Source: Antedon mediterranea (Eukaryota; Animalia; Echinodermata). From it: a stretch of DNA of 64,000 nucleotides. Shown piece by piece: positions 28,101 to 40,400 of this stretch. Numbering within the stretch: the stretch's first letter is position 1; each line of letters starts with the position of its first letter. The notes below the pieces were generated by a model, which was not told the DNA's origin, did no database searches, and saw only the letters and a list, made by a program, of their open reading frames with translations. The stretch covers positions 24,225,432 to 24,289,431 of the forward strand of contig NC_092679.1 in assembly GCF_964355755.1 (NCBI RefSeq), read 5' to 3'. The position numbers and the translations under genes were made by a program.

Positions 28101-31100
28101 GCAAATGGAAAATTGCAATGGACATCTATATCCATAATTCCAATGGTTTATCTGACTGTGAAGGGTTCTATGATTGCTTAACAACAGCGTTGATTGCTTT
28201 GAGATATATGTCAGAAGGTCGACAGAGTTTTGAGAATGCTGTGGCACTTGATGAGTATGTTTCACATTTTATATACAGCAACATGTTTACTTCAGATGTC
28301 AGTGAGGCTGAAGCAAGTAGTTTGATTGCACTGGGTCTTATACTTGTTCTTAAAGAGAATAACGATGTTTATATGAAAGAGCCTAACATTATAGAGCATC
28401 CTGAACCAAGCATTGTAGCAGTTGAAGGGGAAGATATTACACTGTCGTGCGCAGCTACTGGTAACCCTTTACCAACATTTACATGGATATTTAATGGTCA
28501 AACATTGATTGGTAGGAATTCAAACACACTGATTCTGAATCAAATAAATCCATCCGATTCTGGTAGCTACAATTGTCATGCAAGTAATTTAGTGACTTCA
28601 GTTTCGTCTTTAAATTGTGAAGTGACCGTTGAATTCGCACCATACATTCTCAAACACCCACAGGACATTGCCCTTGAACATGGCAATCTCGATGGTGTGT
28701 ATTTTACATGCGAAGCTAAAGCAGTTCCATTAGCACACTATCGATGGTACTTCCAGTCTAATACTTCATTCGATATGGAACCCATCTTCGGCCAGAATAG
28801 CTCAAGTATTGAGATAATAAGTCCGAGGTTCAGTAACGATGGGTGGTATGTGTGTGAAGCTTGGAACAAACATGGACATCGGTTTTCGAAACCCGCTAGA
28901 CTTAACATCCTTGGAATCTCGATGCCAGAGTTCTCAAGCGATATCACCATAATGCTTTACCGAGTAGAATATTTAAGTTCGAAACATACAAATAACAAAT
29001 CACTAGGAGATGTCATCAGTAGCTATGATGACGACCTAGAATTGGAGCTTCTCCATTACCAAGAGGCAAGTCCAATTGGCAAGCCATTTCTTACACAGAT
29101 CATATTTGACATCAAAAGTACCAATGCAACATCACTTGACATTGTAATTGCTAGTCGAGAAAAATCAGTTTACCAGGTAAAAGACAAGGTTGAAAGTATT
29201 CGTAAAAATGTTGTTCAACTTCAACGTTTAATGATACCTGGTGAGCTATTTGAACATCGAGGTGAAATATATGAGGTGATACAGTTCAACTCTGGTATAA
29301 ATGGACCAATATGTACCAACACTCAATATGCTCACAAAGATGGATATGTTTGTGGTGAGTTCACATTCCTACATTAAAACTATATTAAAATAAAGTATTT
29401 TAAAGTAGTAGTAGTAGTAGTAGTATTGCAAAACAAGGCCATATACATGGCTGCAGTTGCGTGCTCAAGTTAGTGTTTACCGACCAACTGACAGACCGAC
29501 CGACCGACTAACCGACCGACATAGTGAGCTGTAGAGTCGCGTTGCACGCGACTAATAAGGCTTTAGGATAGTGCTATTTTTTATCTATACAAAATCTGGT
29601 GATTTGAAACATTTTGTAATTCATCTAGCTGCTTTCTACTTTACCCGGTATTTGGTAATATTAGCTTTCCACTTAATTACATGGTAATATTTAAACATAA
29701 CGTAAACCATTATTTAATTTCAGTGAACTGTCGTCCAGGTTCATACCGAGGAAACGACAAGCTACCTGCAGTGTGTGAGCAGTGTCCAGAAGGATTTTAC
29801 CAGCCCAAAGAAGGACAAACAGAATGCCTGAAATGTGATGGATATGTTGAGGTTGGATCAAGAGTTTGCATCCCTAACTATAGTAAGTTATTTCAGGACT
29901 TGTGTAACTACTTGTACTCGTCTCCTAGGTTATCTACACAGAGGCATACGTTACTGACTCAATGCTGAATGTCCTGTTCTAAATCATTTGTCGATTTATG
30001 AAAATATAGTATGTATAGGATATCTTTATACACGATGGAAGTAGAGTTAAAAACATCATAAGCAAAATGGCAGTGTTATATAACGTACGTGATACGCTTC
30101 TTAATCTCAGCAGAACTTACAAATATATTTAGAATTTGATTTAGAAAAAACATTGACAAAAATTATCGTTCAATAACATTTTAAAAAGAATGAAATAAGT
30201 TAACGTTGAATGAAATGGTCCTACTCCGGAAGAATTTGCATGAACGTTGAAAACGCTCACACTAAAATCAAGAAAAACTACAAACTAAAAACCAAATACT
30301 TTGCGTACCTGACTGATAGGGGCGGAGGGAGGGGGGGAACCTAGTTAAATTATATTACTGACTGAAAACATAACAAAATAAGAATAATTCTTTAGCTACA
30401 GAGTATTTGTAACACTTTGTCAATGTTTTTTATTTATAAGGTATGACGAATATTCCTACGACCGATGACAATGAGGTAATTTAATGTTTTAACTTGATTT
30501 TTATTTTTGTTTTATAAGAAAACATTATACAGCCTAAACATTTGTTTGCGAAATGTTTGTTAAGAGTAGAGGTGAAGGATATCCTGGAATCTCTTTTCTT
30601 CTGTATTGACGTGACCAAGTCTGCGGTGAACAACTTAAACATTAAATTACGTACTGACATCTTTATATTTAAATTTTGGAATAGGACAAGTATATGTTGA
30701 TCTTCGCACTTACAGGCGGAGGATGCGCTGTGTTGATGTTAATTGTGCTTTTAATCGGTTTGTATATTTTTACAGTAATTACATACAAAAATAAATAAAG
30801 AGGTACTACATTTCGAAATTGAAATATCGGGAAATTCTATGAAAGCATTTCCAAACAAGAGAGGGCGCTATAAAACATAGTATTTCATTATTATAGAGGG
30901 CACTTTTACAACAAAATATTAGGTATTTGCTTAATAGTAAACAATGGGTATATGCCAGGCACTTCCAGCTGTTACATTGTGGCAATGCATTTTAGAGTAA
31001 ACACACTAAGGCAGTGCAGTAGAGCCTGGGTTAAGTTATACATTGTTGGGTTGTTTTTTTGTTGTTGATATAAGTTTAATCATGTGCAACTTTTTCGTTT

Positions 31101-31318
31101 CAGTTTACTTGAAGAAAGAAAACTGCAAGGAAGAAGATGCTAAAAGCATTAGTAAAAATGTAGAAAACAATGACGTATATTTAAATCCAGACATTGAAAT
31201 ACGAGAAATTGACAATGATGAAATGCATGAAAATGGAGTATATGCAGAACCAGACGTGATGAATACCCATGACAAGGATAAACCAACAAATGATGAAAAT
31301 GTGTATTCAGAAATTTAA
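16120..31318 (+). CDS. Large type I membrane protein (~2470 codons): SP, EMI, 8 EGF/cbEGF, 2 Sushi, EGF, unknown + coiled-coil/Cys-rich region, 2 Ig, Cys-rich (ephrin-receptor-like) repeat, TM, Tyr-motif tail; one in-frame TAG at 27131-27133
   Basis: Exons: 16120-16187, 17154-17279, 17490-17596 (NVC...CGFLSWGRC...CCTGW = EMI), 17701-17793, 18301-18417, 18785-18877, 20328-20447, 20709-20804, 21140-21253, 21686-21796, 22193-22315 (EGFs, DINEC/DVNEC), 22444-22617, 22901-23077 (Sushi), 23250-24511, 24622-24775, 25356-29354 (Ig: [14 protein letters not shown]...DSGSYNC; DGWYVC), 29724-29882 (CRPGSY...[11 protein letters not shown]), 30441-30475, 30685-30757 ([24 protein letters not shown]), 31104-31318. 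All introns are GT-AG with compatible phases, and the summed length of 7416 nt is divisible by 3. Confidence 0.85.
18920..20265 (-). mobile_element. 5'-truncated L2/CR1-group (Crack-like) LINE with uninterrupted RT C-terminal ORF, in intron 6
   Basis: ORF 19210-20274 has [38 protein letters not shown] and WNDLP motifs. It is followed by an AT-rich 3' UTR, a terminal hairpin (18962-19009) and AATAAA (18930-18935, minus). Confidence 0.95.
29431..29555 (-). mobile_element. HINE/DINE-1-like short non-autonomous element, copy 1
   Basis: Nearly identical to copies at 32249 and 55902. It shows a terminal inverted repeat, a (GTCG)n microsatellite, a subterminal repeat and a gccatgtatatggc hairpin. 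Confidence 0.75.
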
Positions 31319-32248
31319 GAACCCTAAATAATGACTTTATATTTGTAGTATCTTTTCCACGTCAGATGTCTTTTTAAGTTTGTATATAATTTTATGGATA
31401 CAGATAAATAGGAGGAATTAAGTACATAATGATGTCGACAAAGCTTTTGACGATGATCAAACTAAAGTACTATGATCATCTTGTTCTTCGGATCCATGGT
31501 TTTCCCGTGTCAAAGAAAGCAATGAATTAAAACTGGTAACGTGGTTCTTGGATGAAGCCAAAAATACTCTTTAGATTTTTCGTGTGTCAAATACATGTAA
31601 ATTACCACTGCATCCTTTTGGGAGAATTGGCAAGGGTATGTATAGTTACTTTAGAACGCCCTCAATAAAAGTTTCAGATAAATTAATGATGTCATTTTGT
31701 AGGATCCAACTACAGTTGTAACGCAGACGCCGTGGTGATTACATTTTAGTTGTTCACATCTTTACCATATCATTGTTTATTAAGGGGTTTTAAAGAGAAT
31801 CTGTAGATCTTATGGCTTATTAATTAACAATAATAATTTAAGTCTAAATTGCATATATTTATAGGGCTTAATATTTTTTTATATTTTTGTCTTATTTAAG
31901 AGTTTTTAACAGTACACAGAATATTGGATATTGGTATAATTATGACAATTTGTAATAAATGCATACTATACGGTTGGTCACCATAAATGTTTCATTTACT
32001 ACGAAAGTATGAATTTACTCCATTTTTGCTGTTATTTACCACCATTTTCATCACAACGATAACATACAGAAATAATCATCGGTTGTGGATATTAAAATTG
32101 GACAGTTTAAAAATCTGTTTGAGGAATTGTTTCCCTCGTTTTACAGCTTTGACTAGCACGAATCGAAAGCCTCAGCGTTTATGCGTGTGTATTTGCATGT
32201 TCTTCTTCGAAATACATTTCTGCGACGAATCACACTTCCAATTCAATT

Positions 32249-32358
32249 TTTAGCCGCGTGCGTGCAACGCGACTCTACAGCTCACTATGTCAGTCGGTTG
32301 GTCGGTCGGTAAACACTAACTTGAGCACGCGACTGCATCCATGTATATGGCCTTGTTT
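32249..32358 (+). mobile_element. HINE/DINE-1-like element, copy 2 (opposite orientation)
   Basis: Reverse-complement match to 29431-29555. Confidence 0.75.
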
Positions 32359-34461
32359 TTTGTACTTTCGAATTTCTAATGTTTGTCAAAAATAGCACAA
32401 CCAATCAGAGCTCAGTAAATGAGCTATGACGCGTTTATGCTAATCAAAAAGCTCAGCAGACACGCAGTGGAAATGTAAATCGCAGCGATTAGCGCGATTG
32501 TTTTTCTCAACGAAAACATTGGATTCACGCGCTAACAAAAATTAATCATCTAGTTGTAAAAACAGGTTTTACGGATAACAATGAAAAGATCTACATTATG
32601 ATACAAAATTGGCCACAGGTTGACACCGTTATTTTAACATTTAAAAAAAATCTTTATTTATCTATATTTTTCAAATAAAATGCAATTAATGTAGTTTTCA
32701 ACTTTTTCTATCGTACATTATTACAATATTAATCCGTCGTGCACACAGCTTCCTTTTTTGTTTTGAATAAAGTGTTTCACGTTTAACCGAGAGGTACCTT
32801 CTTTTAATTTATTGCTTAATTGTTATTATGGTAAATATCAAATCTGAATATTTATTTAAAAAAAAATCACGTTGTAAATTAAACAACATATGACTATCTA
32901 ATTTTATTGATGTTAGTTTCCCATTTTAAGTGAATTTACTACTCTAGATTTCGCCTTGTCATTCGTGGTGTATATTTACTATTTAATAAAATCTTATAAT
33001 ACCAGCATCTTCTACGATTCGTTAAGCTACTTTTTTCGTTGACGTAATTAGTATTACAAGTACATGGTACATAAGATAAGAAACGTTCAGTAAAAAAAAA
33101 CCCGTATGAACGCCAAAAAAGGTACCGGTACACCTCCTAAGATAAGCCATGATGCAAAAATGCTCTTAAATTCAATGTCTTACTACTAAGATCATATATT
33201 TTATGTTGTATTACTGTTGTAAACAGATAAATCAGGCCGTGAAATCTACATTTTCTATAATTTTCAAAATATAATTATTTTAATTTCCAATAAACGTACA
33301 GTATCCTAATTAAATAATATAGCCTCTTAAAAAAATAGTACAATTTCACACAATAATACTGAAAATGTCAAAACCTTCTTCTACATTATTCGTTGTATAG
33401 CCCACAGTAGCCTACTATTATTAACATGGCTGAATGCTATGTAGATTGCAGAGTGGGGATATCAATTAATATGATGTCTCCTTCCCCGAAAATGGACTAC
33501 ACATTATATGCTTTGATGAGGAGTGATGGTGGACCAGGTATTTTAAGGCTGCAAAAACAGTGTCACGTGCATGACATGTGACATGGTACTGTATACGCAT
33601 ACGTATCCGCATACATTTGAATATTTATAGCTTTTTTTTAATTTGGGCAATATGAGTTTACGTATCGATAGAGGGCTAATTTCTTGAAACCTTTTTATAC
33701 AAAAGCTCAAACTGCCTATATTAGCATATAGAACGAGAACTAGGCTACTACCAGGGAAGCGTATTCACTTGTCCCTGTTACTACAAAGCCGCTACTCTTG
33801 AGTTACGGGATTACGTAACTGTACTGCACTTTGCATGACTTGATTTATTTTGTTTTTTTATATTGGTGGAATATAAATACATTTTAATAATTATTTAAGG
33901 TTAATGTCGGTGGCCCTTGTTTGTAAAACATCTAACTTTGAATCTATAGAATAAAATATACTTATAATGTGATACATTATTAGTCTAACATACTATATAC
34001 TAAAAGCTATATTACAAATACAAAATCATAGCAAAATAAATAGAAATACATATGTTTATAGTCGTCTGTATTGAAAATAAACCATGGTCACGCTATCAAA
34101 TTCGAACATAAATAGATATATTTTTTATTCCAAAACAATACAAATCTTACTAAGTCATAAAAATAAAAATCGTGTATATACATAACGATTTAGTGTAAAG
34201 ATTAATACTAAGGTAACATACTGAAAGGTTCCTTTACCACTGATTTCAATATGGTCAGTGGCCCACTTCTTGTCGAAACTCCGCCCAGTACGTTTAATAA
34301 ATAATACGTCATAATACTCGGAAAAGAATCATCAAAACCTTTATGCCTACAATACGCTTATTGATGCGATCAAATTTGAGTAGTAAACACAATTAACTGC
34401 GCGGTTATGAAAGAGAGGATATCATTATTGTAACGAATTATTGAGCATCATATCAGGAACT

Positions 34462-37400
34462 ATGGAAGGCAATACGCAATTAATATTTTTCTGTAACGGG
34501 AACAAGGTAAGCGATACTAACTTGTGTTTGTGAAAAGCCGATTCTTATATGGTATCATGTTTAGCGGCAATAAACATCCTACTGTATCGTGTCTGTTGAC
34601 GGCAACCCTTACCCCAACCTCACCCCTAACCCCACCATAGGACCTAACTCGTTAATATTTAACTTAATCTAAACTATATAACATTTCACTATTTTATGAA
34701 GGAAAAAACCATAACCATAACTTGGGTAAGTAAGTAATATGTGTTGCTTTCCATGAACAGTACAATTTATGAAACAGCATAAAAATGAATGAAAATAAAC
34801 ACATAGAATAATACAAAATATGAGAAATTAAACATGGAAAGCAGGGGATTACCCTTAAGCCCAAAGGCTTGTTGTAAACATGGAAAGCAGGGGATTATCC
34901 TTTAAGCCCAAAGGCTTGTTGTAAACATGTAAAGCAGGGGATAACCCTTTAAGCTTAACGGCTTGTTGTAAACATGGAAAGCAGGGGATAACCCTTTAAG
35001 CCCAAAGGCTTGTTGTAAACATGGAAAGCAGGGGATAACCCTTAAGCCCAAAGGCTTGTTGTAAACATGGAAAGCAGGGGATAACCCTTAAGCCCAAAGG
35101 CTTGTTGTAAACATGGAAAGCAGGGGATAACCCTTTAAGCCCAAAGGCTTGTTGTAAACATGGAAAGCAGGGGATAACCCTTAAGCCCAAAGGCTTGTTG
35201 TAAACATGGAAAGCAGGGGATAACCCTTAAGCCCAAAGGCTTGTTGTAAACATGGAAAGCAGGGGATAACCCTTTAAGCCCAAAGGCTTGTTGTAAACAT
35301 GGAAAGCAGGGGATAACCCTTAAGCCCAAAGGCTTGTTGTAAACATGGAAAGCAGGGGATAACCCTTAAGCCCAAAGGCTTGTTGTAAACATGGAAAGCA
35401 GGGGATAACCCTTAAGCCCAAAGGCTTGTTGTAAACATGTAAAGCAGGGGATAACCCTTTAAGCCCAAAGGCTTGTTGTAAACATGGAAAGCAGGGGATA
35501 ACCCTTTAAGCCCAAAGGCTTGTTGTAAACATGGAAAGCAGGGGATAACCCTTTAAGCCCAAAGGCTTGTTGTAAACACGGAAAGCAGGGGATAACCCTT
35601 TAAGCCCAAAGGCTTGTTGTAAACACGGAAAGCAGGGGATTACCCTTTAAGCTTAACGGCTTGTTGTAAACATGTAAAGCAGGGGATAACCCTTTAAGCT
35701 TAACGGCTTGTTGTAAACATGTAAAGCAGGGGATAACCCTTTAAGCCCAAAGGCTTGTTGTAAACACGGAAAGCAGGGGATTACCCTTTAAGCTTAACGG
35801 CTTGTTGTAAACATGTAAAGCAGGGGATAACCCTTTAAGCTTAACGGCTTGTTGTAAACATGTAAAGCAGGGGATAACCCTTTAAGCCCAAAGGCTTGTT
35901 GTAAACACGGAAAGCAGGGGATTACCCTTTAAGCTTAACGGCTTGTTGTAAACATGTAAAGCAGGGGATAACCCTTTAAGCTTAACGGCTTGTTGTAAAC
36001 ATGTAAAGCAGGGGATAACCCTTTAAGCCCAAAGGCTTGTTGTAAACACGGAAAGCAGGGGATTACCCTTTAAGCTTAACGGCTTGTTGTAAACATGTAA
36101 AGCAGGGGATAACCGTTTAAGCTTAACGGCTTGTTGTAAACATGTAAAGCAGGGGATAACCCTTTAAGCTTAACGGCTTGTTGTAAACATGTAAAGCAGG
36201 GGATAACCCTTTAAGCTTAACGGCTTGTTGTAAACATGTAAAGCAGGGGATAACCCTTTAAGCTTAACGGCTTGTTGTAAACATGTAAAGCAGGGGATAA
36301 CCCTTTAAGCTGGGGATAACCCTTTAAGCTTAACGGCTTGTTGTAAACATGGAAAGCAGGGGATAACCCTTTAAGCTTAACGGCTTGTTGTAAACATGGA
36401 AAGCAGGGGATTACCCTTTAAGCCCAACGGCTTGTTGTAAACATGGAAAGCAGGAGATAACCCTTAAGCCCAAAGGCTTGTTGTAAACATGGAAAGCAGG
36501 GGATAACCCTTTAAGCCCAAAGGCTTGTTGTAAACATGGAAAGCAGGGGATAACCCTTAAGCCCAAAGGCTTGTTGTAAACATGGAAAGCAGGGGATAAC
36601 CCTTTAAGCCCAAAGGCTTGTTGTAAACATGGAAAGCAGGGGATAACCCTTAAGCCCAAAGGCTTGTTGTAAACATGGAAAGCAGGGGATAACCCTTAAG
36701 CCCAAAGGCTTGTTGTAAACATGGAAAGCAGGGGATAACCCTTTAAGCCCAAAGGCTTGTTGTAAACATGGAAAGCAGGGGATAACCCTTAAGCCCAAAG
36801 GCTTGTTGTAAACATGGAAAGCAGGGGATAACCCTTAAGCCCAAAGGCTTGTTGTAAACATGGAAAGCAGGGGATAACCCTTAAGCCCAAAGGCTTGTTG
36901 TAAACATGTAAAGCAGGGGATAACCCTTTAAGCCCAAAGGCTTGTTGTAAACATGGAAAGCAGGGGATAACCCTTTAAGCCCAAAGGCTTGTTGTAAACA
37001 TGGAAAGCAGGGGATAACCCTTTAAGCCCAAAGGCTTGTTGTAAACACGGAAAGCAGGGGATAACCCTTTAAGCCCAAAGGCTTGTTGTAAACACGGAAA
37101 GCAGGGGATTACCCTTTAAGCTTAACGGCTTGTTGTAAACATGTAAAGCAGGGGATAACCCTTTAAGCTTAACGGCTTGTTGTAAACATGTAAAGCAGGG
37201 GATAACCCTTTAAGCCCAAAGGCTTGTTGTAAACACGGAAAGCAGGGGATTACCCTTTAAGCTTAACGGCTTGTTGTAAACATGTAAAGCAGGGGATAAC
37301 CCTTTAAGCTTAACGGCTTGTTGTAAACATGTAAAGCAGGGGATAACCCTTTAAGCCCAAAGGCTTGTTGTAAACACGGAAAGCAGGGGATTACCCTTTA

Positions 37401-40400
37401 AGCTTAACGGCTTGTTGTAAACATGTAAAGCAGGGGATAACCCTTTAAGCTTAACGGCTTGTTGTAAACATGTAAAGCAGGGGATAACCCTTTAAGCCCA
37501 AAGGCTTGTTGTAAACACGGAAAGCAGGGGATTACCCTTTAAGCTTAACGGCTTGTTGTAAACATGTAAAGCAGGGGATAACCGTTTAAGCTTAACGGCT
37601 TGTTGAAAACATGTAAAGCAGGGGATAACCCTTTAAGCTTAACGGCTTGTTGTAAACATGTAAAGCAGGGGATAACCCTTTAAGCTTAACGGCTTGTTGT
37701 AAACATGTAAAGCAGGGGATAACCCTTTAAGCTTAACGGCTTGTTGTAAACATGTAAAGCAGGGGATAACCCTTTAAGCTTAACGGCTTGTTGTAAACAT
37801 GGAAAGCAGGGGATAACCCTTTAAGCTTAACGGCTTGTTGTAAACATGGAAAGCAGGGGATTACCCTTTAAGCCCAACGGCTTGTTGTAAACATGGAAAG
37901 CAGGAGATAACCCTTAAGCCCAAAGGCTTGTTGTAAACATGGAAAGCAGGGGATAACCCTTTAAGCCCAAAGGCTTGTTGTAAACATGGAAAGCAGGGGA
38001 TTACCCTTTAAGCCCAAAGGCTTGTTGTAAACATGGAAAGCAGGGGATAACCCTTTAAGCCCAAAGGCTTGTTGTAAACATGGAAAGCAGGGGATTATCC
38101 TTTAAGCCCAAAGGCTTGTTGTAAACATGGAAAGCAGGGGATTACCCTTTAAGCCCAACGGCTTGTTGTAAACATGGAAAGCAGGGGATAACACTTTAAG
38201 CCCAAAGGCTTGTTGTAAACATGGAAAGCAGGGGATAACACTTTAAGCCCAACGGCTTGTTGTAAACATGGAAAGCAGGGGATTACCCTTAAAGCCCAAC
38301 GGCTTGTTGGAAACATGGAAAGCAGGGGATTACCCTTTAAGCCTAACGGCTTGTTGTAAACATGGAAAGCAGGGGATTACCCTTTAAGCCCAACGGCTTT
38401 TTCCCAAAGGGGTCTCCAGTGGGGATTTAACCAAGTTCTATACTTGGAAAGCTAAAGCAATAACAAATATTACGAGCAGATATAGGCTTATGGAATGAAG
38501 TCTGTTGTCATACCACATGCGCATTTCTGGTCGTGATGTGGATATGGTTTCTCTTTTTATTGACACAAGTATATGATATCAAGTTAAACTTACCTGTAGT
38601 AGTAACAGCCTAGTATCATAAAGTTGGTTTGTTAGGCCACGAGTTACATACACCTGAACGTCCAAAAAACTCCATAGTTGTGGTATATAGACCTACGTGA
38701 CTATAATTATAGCAATTATATCAGTTCGTAATTTTGTTGACACAATTCTAAAACTACATTTTCTTTCTTAGATCGTAGATGATAATGTTGATCCTGAAAT
38801 GACGTTACTGACGTATCTCCGTATAAAATGTATCCTTTCAGAAACATTGGTGTTGATAGGCTACAGTTTGGGGTTCTGAAACAAAACAAAAACAATTTTC
38901 TTCGATTGTACAAACATCATATCATTATATTGAGTTTCGCCTTGCAAACTATCAATATTATGCTTTTTGATATAAAAGTTACATTTTTTAAAGTAGGCCG
39001 ATATTCAAAGTTAGAGTATCAAGCAATAATATGCCTCCAGGACATTGAGAGTTCGGACTATTACCTACCGGAAAACTACCTTTTTTGAGGACAACAACCA
39101 TCCCGGTAACTAACACACTCCACCCGGGGGACCGGCCCGTACGACGTGGGATGCGTGTACGTACGTTACTATAAGGGAAATTATTATTAGGGTATTTGGT
39201 CTATTAGATGTCATAGGGTCCTAAGGGGTAATTAGGGGTAGACATGATTAAAATGAGGGTGCAGCACACGATTCTAGATTCTGACTCTGACTATCGTGTG
39301 ACGAGTACAAAGCAGGACGCAACACAAATCCAAGCTATTAACACTTGATATGAATATAAACGAACTGAAAAGAATATCTAATCCATTCATAATAACAATC
39401 TTCCTCAACAAACAACAGTATGATAAAGGTTAGTAGCGTAGATATTGCCTTGACCTAAGAACACTTTTAAATCCATTGACAAATAAATTGCTGATAAAAT
39501 ACTTCAGGTATTAATAGGCAAATATTTATTATTCAACGTTGACCATTATCATTGTCCGTAGTGTGGTCAGTTACACAGATCGTAGGCTATCATTGTCAGT
39601 ATGGTCAGCCAGTTACACCATGGAGGAAAAAATAATAATAATTATTATTTTTTCCTCCATGGTTACACGGATCGTAGGCTGTAAACAATAATTCGATCGT
39701 CTTCAGCCAACCGTACCTATAATTGAAAATTCCACCCACAAAAGAGTATACAGAACTCCTTCTTTGGGACACCCACCTCTATTATTCAGGAGTAAGGGTA
39801 CAATTTCCGTTAAAATGAACGATCGGGAATATATGTTTTAACACGTTTACAGGGAACATTATGCCTACTACTTGTTTTTTTCACTATTAAATTATGGAGG
39901 CACTTTGTTTGGTCCCGAAAATGTCCCTTACCGAGAGATTCTACTGTACACGTGATAGTATTTAAAATAGTCAAAATCAACACAAAACGGAACTCATGCC
40001 CGTTAATACTTTAACCGAATAGTTTTCTTTTGGTTTGATTGTGCAAAATCAATATTACAATGTTATCGTTAGTTTTCATCACGCTGAATAACAATGTACC
40101 TCAATTTTTGTTGCAACAAATATAACTAACAATAGGAAATCAAAAGGATCACTATATTACTGTTTAAACTGGCGGATTTCAATAAACCTTGAAATACTCC
40201 GCAGGATTTCCTCATGCATAGCCATTTTGTCAACGATAAATTTTGTTTTGATTGTTCATGCCACTTATTTTGTACAGTATTTTCCAGGGAAGGTTCTCAT
40301 AGCTTTATGCTCGAAAGCTTTTACTAACGGTCCATGGTGTTCAAAGGAGGTGTGTGTGTTCAAATAAATATAATAGGCCTAATACGAAAAAATACAACAC

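Noticed and set aside
25379-29377. Two separate genes (584 aa and 704 aa) as the ORF track suggests
   Set aside because: They share one frame and one exon, bounded by the acceptor at 25355 and the donor at 29355, and are split only by one TAG.
34996-36798. Repeated [14 protein letters not shown]... ORFs on the minus strand
   Set aside because: These are chance open frames through mixed 46/47-bp satellite units, with frequent frameshifts and no splice or start context.
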